A DNA stretch of 64,000 nucleotides from Waddliaceae bacterium (lineage in GTDB: Bacteria; Chlamydiota; Chlamydiia; Chlamydiales; Waddliaceae). Each line of letters begins with the position of its first letter. Positions within the stretch are counted from its first letter, which is position 1. The notes under the pieces are model-generated. The model ran no database searches, was not told the origin of the DNA, and saw nothing but the letters and a program-made list of their open reading frames with translations. Shown piece by piece: positions 36,892-45,704 of this stretch. Both the position numbers and the translations under genes were made by a program. The stretch lies in assembly GCA_963724325.1 (NCBI GenBank), contig CAVRUH010000001.1, forward strand, positions 416,001 through 480,000, read 5' to 3'.

Positions 36892-38190
36892 ATGGAGAAA
36901 ATTCCCCGTTCATTGGCAGACGAGTTTTGTCAAAAACTTAAGCCTAGAGACAAACCCATTTATGTAAGGGACTCTCAAGTTAAAGGCTTAGTTCTTCGAA
37001 TAATGCCTGCTGGTTCCAAATCATGGATTTTTTGCTATTCGGTTAAAGAAGGTGATAAATGGCGCGAACGAAGGAAAGGACTTGGCCCTTTTCGGCAAGG
37101 TCGAAATGATGCGGCTGGCTTGACCGTTCCCGCCGCTCGCAGTCTTGCGGAGGAAATGAAGCATCAAGTTAAGCATAAAGGGGCCGATCCGATTGAAGAC
37201 AAGCGACAGCAAGCAATTGAACGAGCCAAAGAAAAGGCTGGCAGGGTGCTCGTCAAAGATCTATTCGAACGTTGGTATGCGACAGATCTTATCAATCGCA
37301 AAGACAAGGGGATGGAAGCTCGGCGAATGATGTTGAAAGATGTCATTCCATTCATCGGAGATCTTAACATTAAAGATGTTCGAAAAGGCCATATTGCCGA
37401 GATTACCGATCGACTTCTTCAACGTGGAGTCAATCGAATGGCTAAAGTTGTCTTTAGCCTAATTCGGCAAATGTTTCGTTTTGCCTTAAACCGCGATCTT
37501 TTGGAAATCGACCCTACCGCTATGATTAGCAAAACAAGCATAGGCGGTTCAAATGTTGAACGCGATCGTGTTTTAAGCAATGAGGAAATAAGTGAACTTG
37601 CTATCAAACTGCTAGACGCGAATATTACGGAAATTAATGTTATAGCCCTTTGGATTGCTCTAGCGACATGCTGTCGGATAGGCGAAATATTAAGAACACA
37701 ATGGTCTCATGTCGATCGAGATAAAAAAATATGGCGAATACCGCCTGAAAATAGCAAAAATGGAAAAGAACATATTGTTTTCTTGTCTGATTTTGCTTTT
37801 AACCAATTTGAAAAGCTTCATACAATATCAGGAGGCTCGGAATGGTGCTTTCCTGCCAGTCGAACAAACTCTCATGTTTGTCCAAAAACTATCACTAAAC
37901 AAGTTGCCGATCGTCAAAGAAACGGAAGCTCTTATTTAAATAGAACAAAGCAAACTTCTACGCTCATATTATCGAGAGGTATTTGGAAGCCGCATGATCT
38001 GCGAAGAACAGGTGCGACCTTAATGAGTTCTTTAGGTGTCCTTCCTGAAGTAGCCGAGCGTTGTCTTAATCATACCGAAGAAAATAAAATTAAACGCATC
38101 TATCAGCGCTATGGCTATGAAAATGAAATGAAACATGCCTGGGAAACTTTAGGGAATCACTTAGCCAAGATAATAACAAGAGGTCAATAG
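36892..38190 (+). CDS. Tyrosine integrase with N-terminal arm-binding domain (P4-like)
   Basis: D...GLVLRI...GSKSW arm domain, catalytic R (CCRIGE), K (SKNG), HDLRRT, LNH, Y (IYQRY). Confidence 0.93.
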   Translation: MEKIPRSLADEFCQKLKPRDKPIYVRDSQVKGLVLRIMPAGSKSWIFCYSVKEGDKWRERRKGLGPFRQGRNDAAGLTVPAARSLAEEMKHQVKHKGADPIEDKRQQAIERAKEKAGRVLVKDLFERWYATDLINRKDKGMEARRMMLKDVIPFIGDLNIKDVRKGHIAEITDRLLQRGVNRMAKVVFSLIRQMFRFALNRDLLEIDPTAMISKTSIGGSNVERDRVLSNEEISELAIKLLDANITEINVIALWIALATCCRIGEILRTQWSHVDRDKKIWRIPPENSKNGKEHIVFLSDFAFNQFEKLHTISGGSEWCFPASRTNSHVCPKTITKQVADRQRNGSSYLNRTKQTSTLILSRGIWKPHDLRRTGATLMSSLGVLPEVAERCLNHTEENKIKRIYQRYGYENEMKHAWETLGNHLAKIITRGQ

Positions 38191-38192
38191 AG

Positions 38193-38792
38193 ATGAATCA
38201 GTCTTTTAAAGCATTAACAACTCCCGATCATTTGAAATTCATAGGAAGACATCCTATTGGAAAAGGGGTGTGTGAATTAACAGGGCTGACCATTGATAAA
38301 ATTTTAAATGAATGCACATTAGAAATACCCGAAGAGTACTTTCCTGGTGTTGGTTGGCTTGTAAGTTGGCCTTCTGAAAAATTGAATATTAATTCTTCCG
38401 ATATTTATGTCGTGCAGATTCTTCTCAAGCTCATGTGGCTCTATTCATCCAAGGAGTCAGTGGATAGTCCTTTGAGAACATTTGTATCTCAAGAATTAGC
38501 CATGTTTGAAGCTGGTATGAAATTAGAGGCAAGCCGACGTCAAAGAATAGAGGCAGCTAAAAAAGAACGTCCATGGCCTGCTCTTGCTAAATGGATTAAG
38601 AGAAAATTCAAATCTAAAGCAGAATGGATAAACAAGGAATTGTGGAGCGCTTTACCTGATAGTTACGAAGATGAGGCTATTTATCGTGATGGAGATAAGT
38701 TATGCTGTTCAAAGGGTTCACATGCTTCGATAGGTTTTCGTGCATTTTGCGACCACATTCGAAAGCATCGCGAAAAAAATAAATGCAGATAG
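38193..38792 (+). CDS. Hypothetical island protein
   Basis: 199-aa ORF between the integrase and AlpA genes. Confidence 0.65.
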   Translation: MNQSFKALTTPDHLKFIGRHPIGKGVCELTGLTIDKILNECTLEIPEEYFPGVGWLVSWPSEKLNINSSDIYVVQILLKLMWLYSSKESVDSPLRTFVSQELAMFEAGMKLEASRRQRIEAAKKERPWPALAKWIKRKFKSKAEWINKELWSALPDSYEDEAIYRDGDKLCCSKGSHASIGFRAFCDHIRKHREKNKCR

Positions 38793-38856
38793 CGGCGTTA
38801 GTTGCATCTGCATATGAGACAATAAATCACATAGTAACATTAAATAAGGCTATGTG

Positions 38857-39045
38857 ATGAAAAACTTTGCACCTTTCCTTAGAGACACAGAAGTTGCCAT
38901 ACGATATTCGGTTAGTAGACCGACTATCTGGAGATGGGTAAAAGAAGGTAAATTTCCCAAACCAATAAAATTAGGAGCTGGTTCGACGCGCTGGCGTTAT
39001 TCCGACTTGGAAATGTGGGAACAATCCCAAATCCAAGGCGGTTAA
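38857..39045 (+). CDS. alpA: AlpA-family regulator / excisionase
   Basis: LRDTEVA..YSVSRPTIWRWVKEGKFPKPIKLG...RW. Confidence 0.88.
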   Translation: MKNFAPFLRDTEVAIRYSVSRPTIWRWVKEGKFPKPIKLGAGSTRWRYSDLEMWEQSQIQGG

Positions 39046-39080
39046 TATGAAAGAGAATTCTTTTTCAGACATTTTTCTCG

Positions 39081-39986
39081 ATGAGAGGGAAATGTATGTT
39101 TAAAATACCTTATATTTTCAGGCCAATGCCCGATGAGTTTTTAACGGAAGATTTTTTGAAAGACTCAACGATGTTTAGATTAGGCGTTTGGATAATAAAA
39201 CGAGCTTACCCCGATTCTCATTATGTGGCTTTGAAAAAATCGGCTACGCAATTATATCTTGAACCCTTTGAATTTATGTATGGAAGAGACAGTTGTGCTA
39301 GAGATCTAAATACCACTCCTAATAGAGTCCGCACAAGGATAAAACAGCTCATCGGTCTTGGATACATAGTTGAAATTTCTCATAAAAGCACCAGCACTTT
39401 TTCTGTTTACAAATTAGTGACAACAGCATTTAAACAAAACTCTAGCCAGCAATCTCACCAGCAAAATGAACAACAGGTCGATCACCTGGTTCACCACAAA
39501 CGAGATACGAAAATCAAAGAAAATCAAAATATAAAAGAAACGTCTAACGTTCCAAAAAACGTTGATAAGTCGCACCTTTCTGATAAACAGAAAGAAGATC
39601 TTTCCGTTTTCCTTGCCTATTGTGAAAGCAAAGAACTTCGTATTTTTGAACCATCTCTAATCAGATGGCTTTGCAAATACGAAATCGATCATATTATTGG
39701 CCATCTAGCATTATTAGATGAGAAAAAAAATAAGATAGAAAAACACGAAGCATGGCTGGAGAAGGCATTAAAAGATAATTATGTAGGCCAAAACAATAAT
39801 ATTCAAAAAAATTGCGAATTTGCCGAACAATTTAAGGAAAGCAATCAATGGAACGATTTACATACTACTCAAAGATACTGCACTCATGCTCCTTCTTCAA
39901 AGGATTTTCAATACAAATTGCCCGTCGATGTTTTTCAAAAAATGCTTCAAGAATGTTATGAACAATATAAAGGAATGTATAATTAG
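39081..39986 (+). CDS. Phage-like replication initiator (HTH)
   Basis: FMYGRDSCARDL...VRTRIKQL...GYI HTH followed by a Q/H-rich linker. Typical position after alpA. Confidence 0.6.
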   Translation: MRGKCMFKIPYIFRPMPDEFLTEDFLKDSTMFRLGVWIIKRAYPDSHYVALKKSATQLYLEPFEFMYGRDSCARDLNTTPNRVRTRIKQLIGLGYIVEISHKSTSTFSVYKLVTTAFKQNSSQQSHQQNEQQVDHLVHHKRDTKIKENQNIKETSNVPKNVDKSHLSDKQKEDLSVFLAYCESKELRIFEPSLIRWLCKYEIDHIIGHLALLDEKKNKIEKHEAWLEKALKDNYVGQNNNIQKNCEFAEQFKESNQWNDLHTTQRYCTHAPSSKDFQYKLPVDVFQKMLQECYEQYKGMYN

Positions 39987-39994
39987 GAGGAAAA

Positions 39995-40435
39995 ATGCCT
40001 GAAAATGCAGCAAAAATGCAGGAGAGAGGAAAATTTCGGAAAGGACATTCAGGAAATCCAAAAGGAAAAGCAAAAGGTACTAGAAATAAGGCAACCTTGA
40101 CTGCTGAAAACTTATTAAAAGGCGAATTAGAAAATATTTGTCGCAAACTTATCGAAGAAGCACTACTAGGTAATATTCAAGCTATCAAAATGGTTCTTGA
40201 TCGAGTGTTTCCTTTGAGAAAGGATTCTCTGATTCATATCGAACTTCCTGAGATTCAAAACTCTTCAAATGCTTTACAGGCAATAAGTATAATTACAACA
40301 GCGGTAGGAAATGGAGAAATTTCACCAAGTGAAGGAGAAGCTTTATCGAGAATTATCGACATTCATGTCAAAGCAATTGAAATTTATGATTTCGATAATC
40401 GCCTTATTAAAATAGAGGAAATAGTTAGGGAATGA
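39995..40435 (+). CDS. DUF5681-like protein (terminase small subunit-like)
   Basis: GKFRKGHSGNPKGKAKGTRNK, ALLGNIQAIKMVLDR, GEISPSEG. AGGAGG RBS. Confidence 0.75.
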   Translation: MPENAAKMQERGKFRKGHSGNPKGKAKGTRNKATLTAENLLKGELENICRKLIEEALLGNIQAIKMVLDRVFPLRKDSLIHIELPEIQNSSNALQAISIITTAVGNGEISPSEGEALSRIIDIHVKAIEIYDFDNRLIKIEEIVRE

Positions 40436-40647
40436 AATTATCAATTAAAAAAAGATTACAACACTTTGAAAAGGCTAATCGAAACAATCGACGAATTGCC
40501 CACGTCATTTACGATCCTGAAATTTGCCCACAAGATAATCTTCCACCTATCGAAGCAGATGTTATACTCTATTTACCTGATAATGGATTTAGATTACCTA
40601 ATGAAAAGTCTCTGTCGAATGAAGGTTATTTAATTAAATATTCGTAA
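40432..40647 (+). CDS. Small hypothetical phage-like protein
   Basis: ATGA overlap with the previous gene, IKKRLQHFEK and YLPDNG. Confidence 0.6.
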   Translation: MKLSIKKRLQHFEKANRNNRRIAHVIYDPEICPQDNLPPIEADVILYLPDNGFRLPNEKSLSNEGYLIKYS

Positions 40648-40687
40648 AATAATCAAATTGATAGTTATAGTTGTAAAACACTTATTT

Positions 40688-42330
40688 TTATTTAGCTACT
40701 GCTTTATAAGCTTGATTTGGTGAACTCCCCCTTTCTGGATAAACATATCTTAACAAACCATCTTTGACTAAAGGGGTTAAATATTGCCTAACTAAGTGTT
40801 TTTTATCTTTCTTATTGAGAAACTCTGCTATTTGCTGAGCCGTTAGAGGTTTCCAAGTGCAAAGAGCGTAAATAATTGACTTAAGCTCTTCATTATTGGG
40901 CCTTTTTCCTAATTGATCAATTTTTAACCTTAATTCTTGAGGGAGATTTTCTTCCTCCAAAAATATTTCATTCTGGTGTGTTTCGTCCGTTAACTGGTGT
41001 GTTTTTGGCTCAAGCTGGTGTGTTTCGCCTATTAGCTGGTGTGTTTTGTCTTCCAATGACACTGGTTTTTGCTTGTTAATCATTTTTCTAGTTGCTTCAG
41101 GATGAACAGGTAAAGTAACCAAAAAATAGCTGTGATTTTCATCAGTTTGAAATATTGGAGGAGGGGATCCATTAACTTCCATTGCATTGTGGATTTTGGG
41201 GACGCCAGTACAGCGACCTTCTGTCAAATGAAGCTCCTTAAGAAAATCACCTATCCGCCTATTTCTGTAGGTCCTTACACGGACAGAACCTTTATTTAAA
41301 TCCTCAATTTTGAGAGGTGGTAATGGGCCAGGAAAAGATAAGATTTCAATCCTATCGCTATGAATACTGATTTCAATCGGTTCTCTTTGAGCGTAGTCTT
41401 TATGATAAACAGCATTGGCCAAGATTTCTTCTAAAGCCTCATAAGGATAATTATAAAAACGGTCTGCTTCTGCCCTATCTGGGCGTTTGCGTACTTCCTC
41501 TTTAATCAACATTGACTGAAGATATCTCAAGGCTTCTTTCAATTGGATGTGGACAGGGCCTTTAAAAATCTTTTCCGAAAAGCTATCCCCAATTTCATCA
41601 TGAAAATCGACAATATCTATTTGAGCACATGGGAAAAATCTTTCAGGTTGATTATTGAACATCATTAAGCCAATATTTAATGGCTTTAAATATTCTTCTG
41701 GACCTTGAGCAATTTGCATTTGCCGCAAAGATGAGTAAAAGGAATTTTATCCACTTCGGAGAGAAGATCGCTTTTAATTTCACGCAAAAAATCTTTGATT
41801 AATCCCAATATTCAGATCGTGAGTTGAGCTTGATGACAAATGCGGTCGTCAAAAGGTACTTGATTTGCCATTTCATGAAGTTTTTGAATATCACTTGTTT
41901 GTGCTTTGACTGTCGAAGAGTTTCGTCTAATGAAATAAGCATAGGGGCATTTTTTCCTAATGTCTCAGGGGCTTGATAGGGTCTTGTTTGACCACCTGGA
42001 CACCAAATGACAAGAATCATTTTTTCTTGAAAATACGGTTGGTGCTACACAGGATGATAATGAGGTCGAATTCTGTAACCTAGCTCTAAGATCTCTTTTT
42101 GAATTGCATCTATTTTATTTGAAGCTAAGCCAATAGGAGGGAAAATTGGTTGTCCATCTGATTCTTGACGCCGATGATAAGATAACCTCCACCCCAATTG
42201 TTAATATCATTTGCAAATGCAGAAACTGTACGAATAAAGGCCTCGGGATTCCAACCTTCTTTGAATTCAAGCGTTCCCATTCAACAATTTGTCCTTTAAG
42301 TAATTCATCAATGTTTATGGGAAGTGCAGT
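40688..42330 (-). pseudogene. Frameshifted AlbA_2 / HATPase_c_4 (RecG-C-like) ATP-binding regulator
   Basis: Pieces in several frames ([58 protein letters not shown]). 7-aa THQL repeats. Confidence 0.8.
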
Positions 42331-42332
42331 CA

Positions 42333-42638
42333 TTAAATCCTTAATCCTCCAACAATGAAATCAAAAGTTGATTGATCTCGATATTTCAATTGATTTTTCT
42401 TTTTGAGATTCAAAATTAGCTTTTGCAATTTTTGAAAAGCCAGTGGTGAGGGTTTTGCTTTTTGGTTTTCCCAACGATTTACTGTGGGAAATGAGACACC
42501 AAGCCTAATTGCGAATTGTGCCTGAGTTAATCCCATTTCTAATCGCAATTTACGGATTTGTTGACCAATCTGTTTTTCTGCGCCTTCTTGCGCGTCATTA
42601 AATTGGAACATACAGTTACCTTTGGTCTTGTTTTTCAT
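42333..42638 (-). CDS. XRE-family HTH regulator
   Basis: IRKLRLEMGLTQAQFAIRLGVSFPTVNRWENQKAKP. Confidence 0.88.
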   Translation of the reverse strand: MKNKTKGNCMFQFNDAQEGAEKQIGQQIRKLRLEMGLTQAQFAIRLGVSFPTVNRWENQKAKPSPLAFQKLQKLILNLKKKNQLKYRDQSTFDFIVGGLRI

Positions 42639-43095
42639 ATATCAGATGATATATAGTAGACCAGATTGATAACAAGAAAAATATGAACTGAAAATAGCTT
42701 CACGACACTTCGTTTCATGATCACATTGCAAGGTCATGCGCACTCTTGAAGCATAAAAACAAGGAAATTATGAACAAAATTAAATGGAGATTAAAAGCTC
42801 ATTTCTAGGGGACGATGCCAAAGATCAGTGAGTCTAAAATTACACATATCAGCGGAAGGTGGCTTCAAGGCCGCCTTACAGTGGCCAACACAAAAATGAA
42901 AATTGGCAGAGGTTCGGATTTAAGGATGAAAAGAAAGCCTTAATGAAGCTGGAGCTGAAAGTAATCGCAAACCCTAAAGGAACAGCGGTGAATGTGTCAC
43001 TAGTTTGGACAAGCCCGATGGCTGTTAACAGTAAGACCTAAACGGAACCCTACTTTCTTGAAAATGTAATTAAACAAATTCAAGAAGGGTAGGAA

Positions 43096-43413
43096 ATGGG
43101 CAAAAAAGAAGAAAATACGCCTTTTATTTGTGCAATTTGCAATCAGGACGTGAGGGCTTTGGAGAATGGAAGCTATCGAAATCATTGTCCATTTTGCTTG
43201 GGGTCTATTCACGTAGACAATAAGCCTGGAGACAGAAATAGCACATGTAATGGTGTGATGGTAGCTTGTCGATTGAATTACAATGGTAAAAAAGGATGGC
43301 AGATCATTCATCAATGTCAAAAATGTGGTGTCGAGAAGGCGAATAAAATTGCAGAAGAAGATTCGCAACCAGATGATTGGGAAAAATTGATTAAACTTAG
43401 CCAAGAAAACTAG
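43096..43413 (+). CDS. RNHCP-domain zinc-binding protein
   Basis: F.C..C, SYRNHCPFCLGSIHVD..PGDR...C.G.M, HQC.KCG. Confidence 0.9.
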   Translation: MGKKEENTPFICAICNQDVRALENGSYRNHCPFCLGSIHVDNKPGDRNSTCNGVMVACRLNYNGKKGWQIIHQCQKCGVEKANKIAEEDSQPDDWEKLIKLSQEN

Positions 43414-43442
43414 AAAAATATGTGGGTGAAAGAAGGACGATC

Positions 43443-44315
43443 ATGATCAACAAAGAAGGAAAAGACTTAGCTTATTGGGAGCGGAACCAACTAGTAGCCC
43501 ATCTTTCTAAAATTTATTGTTCTTGGTTACAAAAACATCCTCTGGAGGATACCAATTGGGATGATGATTGGAGAAACATTGTTTATATTGAAACCCCAGG
43601 TGGTCAGTGTAGCTGGCATATTCACGATAGTGAACTGTGTTATTTCCAACATTTAGCTTTTCGAGATGGAAATGATTGGGATGGCCATTCAGTGGAAGAA
43701 AAATACAAACGATTAGAGAAAAAAATGAACATAGATCTATTGAATAACGAATTCTACAACATCTATGCTGATAGCTTTGACAAAATTCCATTTGTAGATG
43801 TGCTCGTTCCTTTAATTTTAAAGTGTTTGTCTGCATCTCCATGCGATGTTCTTGAAATTGGTTCAGGAGCTGGAGCGTTGGCTTTGTGGCTGACAAAACA
43901 TGGACATAATGTCACATGCATTGAACCCGCAGAAAAGGCCGCTAAAAAGGCCATAGAAAAGGGATTAAATGTTTGTCTAATGAGATTTCAGGATTTTTCC
44001 GTACGCCAAAAATTTGATAGTGTAATTGCAATTTCATCGTTAATTCATATTCCAAGGTCAGAAATGACATTGCAAGTACAAAAAATATCGCAGTTGATTA
44101 AGCCTGGCGGAATGGTTTTTATTAGCTTTATTGAAGGTGATTGTGAGGGTTATGAAGACCCTACAGGAAAAGGTAAAAATCGTTTTTTTTCTAAATTTAC
44201 ACAAGATGAATTGAATATTTTGTTATCACCCTATTTTTCAATTATTGAAATTCACAAAATCGAAGTTAAAAAAATGAACCAAACTTTCTTTCTAATGGCC
44301 TTAAAAACATTGTAA
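43443..44315 (+). CDS. Class I SAM-dependent methyltransferase with N-terminal WDGH-like domain
   Basis: VLEIGSGAG, FDSVIAISSLIH, IKPGG. N-terminal ERN...GQCSWH...WDGH module. Confidence 0.75.
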   Translation: MINKEGKDLAYWERNQLVAHLSKIYCSWLQKHPLEDTNWDDDWRNIVYIETPGGQCSWHIHDSELCYFQHLAFRDGNDWDGHSVEEKYKRLEKKMNIDLLNNEFYNIYADSFDKIPFVDVLVPLILKCLSASPCDVLEIGSGAGALALWLTKHGHNVTCIEPAEKAAKKAIEKGLNVCLMRFQDFSVRQKFDSVIAISSLIHIPRSEMTLQVQKISQLIKPGGMVFISFIEGDCEGYEDPTGKGKNRFFSKFTQDELNILLSPYFSIIEIHKIEVKKMNQTFFLMALKTL

Positions 44316-44384
44316 ATAATTTTTCGTATGCACAACGATATGTCGATTTTAGATTCCGAGGTATCTCTAGAGTTGTCTCTGAAA

Positions 44385-45284
44385 CTATTGATTTCTTCCT
44401 CTTTTAATCTGCTCGATAAATTTGTCTTTCATGAAGCCCCCATGGACTCTTAGTTGAGGGGTTGCTTTTTTATTTATCTCAAGAAGGTGTACATCTGGAT
44501 TGCTGCCCTTTTCGTGAGGAGCACCGTAAAAAACTTGCGAGATTCCAGATTTAATAATCGCTGTTGAACACATTGCACAAGATTCTGCGTTGGCATAAAG
44601 AATGCAGTCATTAAGTTTTTTCTTCCCAAGAGACTTGCAAGCTAATTGAATTGCTTCTATTTCCGCATGAGCAATTGCTAGTTGCTTTGTATTTGCCTTG
44701 TTATGAGCGATAGATAAGATGTTATTTTCAGAATCAGTGATGATAGCAGCAAAGGGGGGATTCCCTTCTTGAATGGCGACTTCAACTTCATCATAAATCA
44801 AATTCATAATTCTTTCTTGCTCTGGAGATAAGACGAAGCTTGATTCTGTATGACTGGGTGAGAGAAGACGATCATTAATAACTTCCATGCACAGATCTGG
44901 AATTTTCCGATCAGAATCTAAGCAATCTTTGATTGTGAGAACTGCGTTGCGAATTTCAAGAGGCAGCTTTTCGGAAGGCGCATTTTCTCCAGGCCAAGAG
45001 TTATCCCGAGTTTTTTTGTCGGGCCAACGAGAATATGCTACCCATAAACCATCAGACGTTTTATGTAAGCAAGAACCGATAGCGCCACGATATTCAATGA
45101 AGTATTGAGCAACTTTACTCCAGGCTTCTTGATACTCGTTTTCTTTACCTGTTTTAAGGTATCCTTGATAAATAACTGCAAACATTTTTTGAGAAGGCTC
45201 CTTTTCAGAAAATTCACTTAAATGGGTTTCGGCTTTCAATGCAAATAGGGGAAATAGAAAAAGACACAACAGCTTTTGTATCAT
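44385..45284 (-). CDS. Signal peptide + ABM-like domain fused to a nucleoside (TadA/guanine-like) deaminase
   Basis: GNPPFAA, AHAEIEAI, AESCAMC zinc motifs. N-terminal GAIGSCLH...AYSRWP domain. Start at MIQKLLCLFLF. Confidence 0.75.
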   Translation of the reverse strand: MIQKLLCLFLFPLFALKAETHLSEFSEKEPSQKMFAVIYQGYLKTGKENEYQEAWSKVAQYFIEYRGAIGSCLHKTSDGLWVAYSRWPDKKTRDNSWPGENAPSEKLPLEIRNAVLTIKDCLDSDRKIPDLCMEVINDRLLSPSHTESSFVLSPEQERIMNLIYDEVEVAIQEGNPPFAAIITDSENNILSIAHNKANTKQLAIAHAEIEAIQLACKSLGKKKLNDCILYANAESCAMCSTAIIKSGISQVFYGAPHEKGSNPDVHLLEINKKATPQLRVHGGFMKDKFIEQIKRGRNQ

Positions 45285-45425
45285 TGGGTAAGCAATTCTA
45301 TTTTTATTTTTTTGCCATCTATTGCTTTCTTGCCGAGGAATCATCCGCCACATATCCGCCACACGTTACAAAAATAAGGACTTAAGAAAAGCGGTCAAGC
45401 CTTCATAAGTACTTAGGAAAAAGAA

Positions 45426-45472
45426 TCTGGGTGATAGGATTCGAACCTCCGATCCCTTGCACCCCATGCAAG
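45426..45472 (-). other. tRNA-Pro(GGG) 3'-half, right att core
   Basis: Reverse strand cttgcatggggtgcaagggatcggaggttcgaatcctatcacccaga. No D-arm or 5' acceptor strand upstream. Confidence 0.8.
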
Positions 45473-45626
45473 TATTTAGCTTTTTTATGCCCTTGTTTAT
45501 CATTTTGCATCTTTTATACACAAAAACAACAAAACTGACAAGAAGGATGTAGGCGCAATGTAAAAATGATCCCTTTTTCGGAATCAAATTATTTGTGAAG
45601 AAAATTTTTTTATTTTAAGCCAGAAT

Positions 45627-45682
45627 AAGAAGTCGCAGTATCATTCATATCTTGCCGCTTGCGATCCTTCATATCTTGTTTT
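45627..45682 (-). repeat. REP-like dispersed repeat, diverged copy
   Basis: Reverse complement aaaacaagatatgaaggatcgcaagcggcaagatatgaatgatactgcgacttctt. Confidence 0.85.
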
Positions 45683-45704
45683 TCATGCTTGTATAGGTGG
45701 AATT

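Larger units (their letters stand above)
35748..45472 (+). mobile_element. Integrative phage-satellite-like (PICI/P4-like) island, ~9.7 kb
   Basis: Bounded by 47-bp tRNA-Pro fragments. Identical 24-bp arm-type sites inside both ends (35933-35956, 45341-45364). Encodes integrase, AlpA, Rep-like and DUF5681 proteins. Confidence 0.85.

Noticed and set aside
40974..41050. 21-bp (THQL) coding tandem repeat as a novel element
   Set aside because: Low-complexity linker of a kind common in this ATP-binding regulator family, and inside a pseudogene
42938..42962. Hammerhead-like ttaatga-agctggagct-gaaa
   Set aside because: Core deviates from CUGAnGA at conserved positions and I could not find stems I and III
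45426..45510. Intact tRNA-Pro gene
   Set aside because: Only the anticodon arm to 3' end is present. The sequence where the D-arm and 5' acceptor strand should be is unrelated (same at 35748-35794).
45366..45587. 73-aa ORF on minus strand
   Set aside because: MGCKGSEVRILSPR is just the translation of the tRNA fragment
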